Assembly (NCBI GenBank): GCA_963727485.1
Contig: CAVSGM010000001.1
Span: 640,001-704,000 of the forward strand
Length of the DNA stretch: 64,000 nucleotides
Source: an uncultured delta proteobacterium
GTDB taxonomy: Bacteria > Myxococcota > Myxococcia > SLRQ01
Direction of reading: 5' to 3'
This document shows positions 62,927-64,000 of this stretch, piece after piece. Made by a program: the position numbers and the translations under genes. Position 1 is the stretch's first letter. Every line of letters begins with the position of its first letter. Below the pieces are notes generated by a model. It saw nothing but the letters and a program-made list of their open reading frames with translations. It was not told where the DNA came from and did not search any database.

Positions 62927-64000
62927 CTACCCCCGCGCCCGCGCCGGCACCGGCCGGTCCAGGGTCTCGCGCACCCGGCGCAGGAGCTCCGCCTCCCGGA
63001 AGGGCTTGGCCAGCACCGGCACGTCGGGATCGAGGCCGCCGCGCGCCGAGAGGAGGTTCTCGGCGTAGCCGGACATGTAGAGCACCCCCAGGTCGGGCTG
63101 GCGATCCACCAGGCGCCGGGCCAGCTCGGGCCCGGACATCAGGGGCATGATCACGTCGGTGACCAGGAGGTCCACGTGCCCGGGCTCGCGCTCGTGGAGG
63201 AGCAGGGCCTCGCCGGGGCCCGGGGCCTCGAGGACCCGGTAGCCGTTCTCGGCGAGCATCCGGGCCATGAGGCTGCGCAGGGCCGGCTCGTCCTCGACCA
63301 GGAGGAGGAGCTCGCCGGCGCCCCGGGGCCCGGTGTCGAGGTTCGCCGGGGGCCTGGGGGAGGCCCGGTCCTCGGTGGCGGGGAGCAGGACCTCCACCGC
63401 GGTGCCCCGCCCCGGCCGGGAGTCGAGGCGCACCTGGCCCCCGGCCCGGCGCACCACCCCGTAGGCCATGGCCAGGCCCATCCCGCTCCCGGCGCCGACC
63501 TCCTTGGTGGTGAAGAAGGGCTCGAAGGCCCTTGCCGCGACCTCCGGGGCCATCCCCGTCCCCGAGTCGGCGACCCGGAGGCAGGCGTAGGACCCGGGGG
63601 GCAGCCCCCCGGCGGGCCCCCGCCCGGCCTTCACCTCGACCATCGAGGTCCCCACCGTGAGGGTGCCGCCCTCGGGCATGGCGTCCCGGGCGTTGACCGC
63701 CAGGTTGAGGACCACCTGCTCCAGGTGGGTGTAGTCGATGCGCACCCGCTCGAGCGCCGGATCGAGCTGCATCTCCAGCTTCACGTCCTCGCCCAGGGTC
63801 CGGGCGAGGAGCTTTCTCATCTCCTCGATGAGGGCGTTGACGTCGACGGTGTCCGGGTGCTCGGTGTCCCGGCGGGAGAAGAGGAGCAGCTGGCGGGTCA
63901 GCGCCACCCCGCGCTCGGCGGCGCCCTGGATCTCCCGGACCTCGTCGCGGAGGGGGTCGCCCTCGGGGAGGCGCCGACGCATCACCTCGCCGTAGTTGAG
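62927..64000 (-). CDS. Hybrid histidine kinase/response regulator, 5' end outside the window
   Basis: LTRQLLLFSRR, NLAVNARDAM, GSGMGL, LLVEDE...VTDVIMP...KPF. Confidence 0.9.
   Translation of the reverse strand, partial: LNYGEVMRRRLPEGDPLRDEVREIQGAAERGVALTRQLLLFSRRDTEHPDTVDVNALIEEMRKLLARTLGEDVKLEMQLDPALERVRIDYTHLEQVVLNLAVNARDAMPEGGTLTVGTSMVEVKAGRGPAGGLPPGSYACLRVADSGTGMAPEVAARAFEPFFTTKEVGAGSGMGLAMAYGVVRRAGGQVRLDSRPGRGTAVEVLLPATEDRASPRPPANLDTGPRGAGELLLLVEDEPALRSLMARMLAENGYRVLEAPGPGEALLLHEREPGHVDLLVTDVIMPLMSGPELARRLVDRQPDLGVLYMSGYAENLLSARGGLDPDVPVLAKPFREAELLRRVRETLDRPVPARARG

Overview
Very GC-rich, gene-dense bacterial chromosome segment, most likely Myxococcota. The evidence is a TIGR04551-type barrel, a MYXO-CTERM-like motif, DUF4388 proteins and DGG/DAG-repeat Cys-rich lipoproteins. 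I found no rRNA, tRNA, CRISPR array, transposase or integrase. About a dozen genes carry single-base frameshifts, often in short homopolymer runs, which looks like long-read assembly error. Contents in order: decayed NT5C and YrhK fragments; a PafB/PafC-like WYL pair followed by an internally deleted CDKN3-like phosphatase and an ADP-ribosylglycohydrolase; a hybrid kinase; thrS; HxsB/HxsC-type radical SAM genes with no visible precursor; a polyhydroxyalkanoate (PHA) locus; a multidomain phosphoesterase; a copper-protein pair; a Kelch protein with an internal MYXO-CTERM and a second signal peptide; hemG-like, AI-2E, Usp and phospholipase C genes; a serine hydrolase with mpl; suhB; a zinc-ribbon Ser/Thr kinase and truD between DUF4388 paralogs; fcs, ycaQ-like and ferredoxin genes; a Cys-rich peptide; a sphingomyelin-synthase-like PAP2; divergent nifJ/fprA with sigma54-like promoters; and a DsbA-DsbA-cytochrome c'-cytochrome c operon. 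The best candidate for an undescribed system is the PHA locus. There, a tightly coupled operon behind PhaR-type boxes joins an envelope module (two paralogous lipoproteins, a lipoprotein hydrolase, a TIGR04551 outer-membrane barrel) to PhaE, an acyl-CoA ligase and PhaC. All family calls come from motif recognition by eye; no database searches were run.
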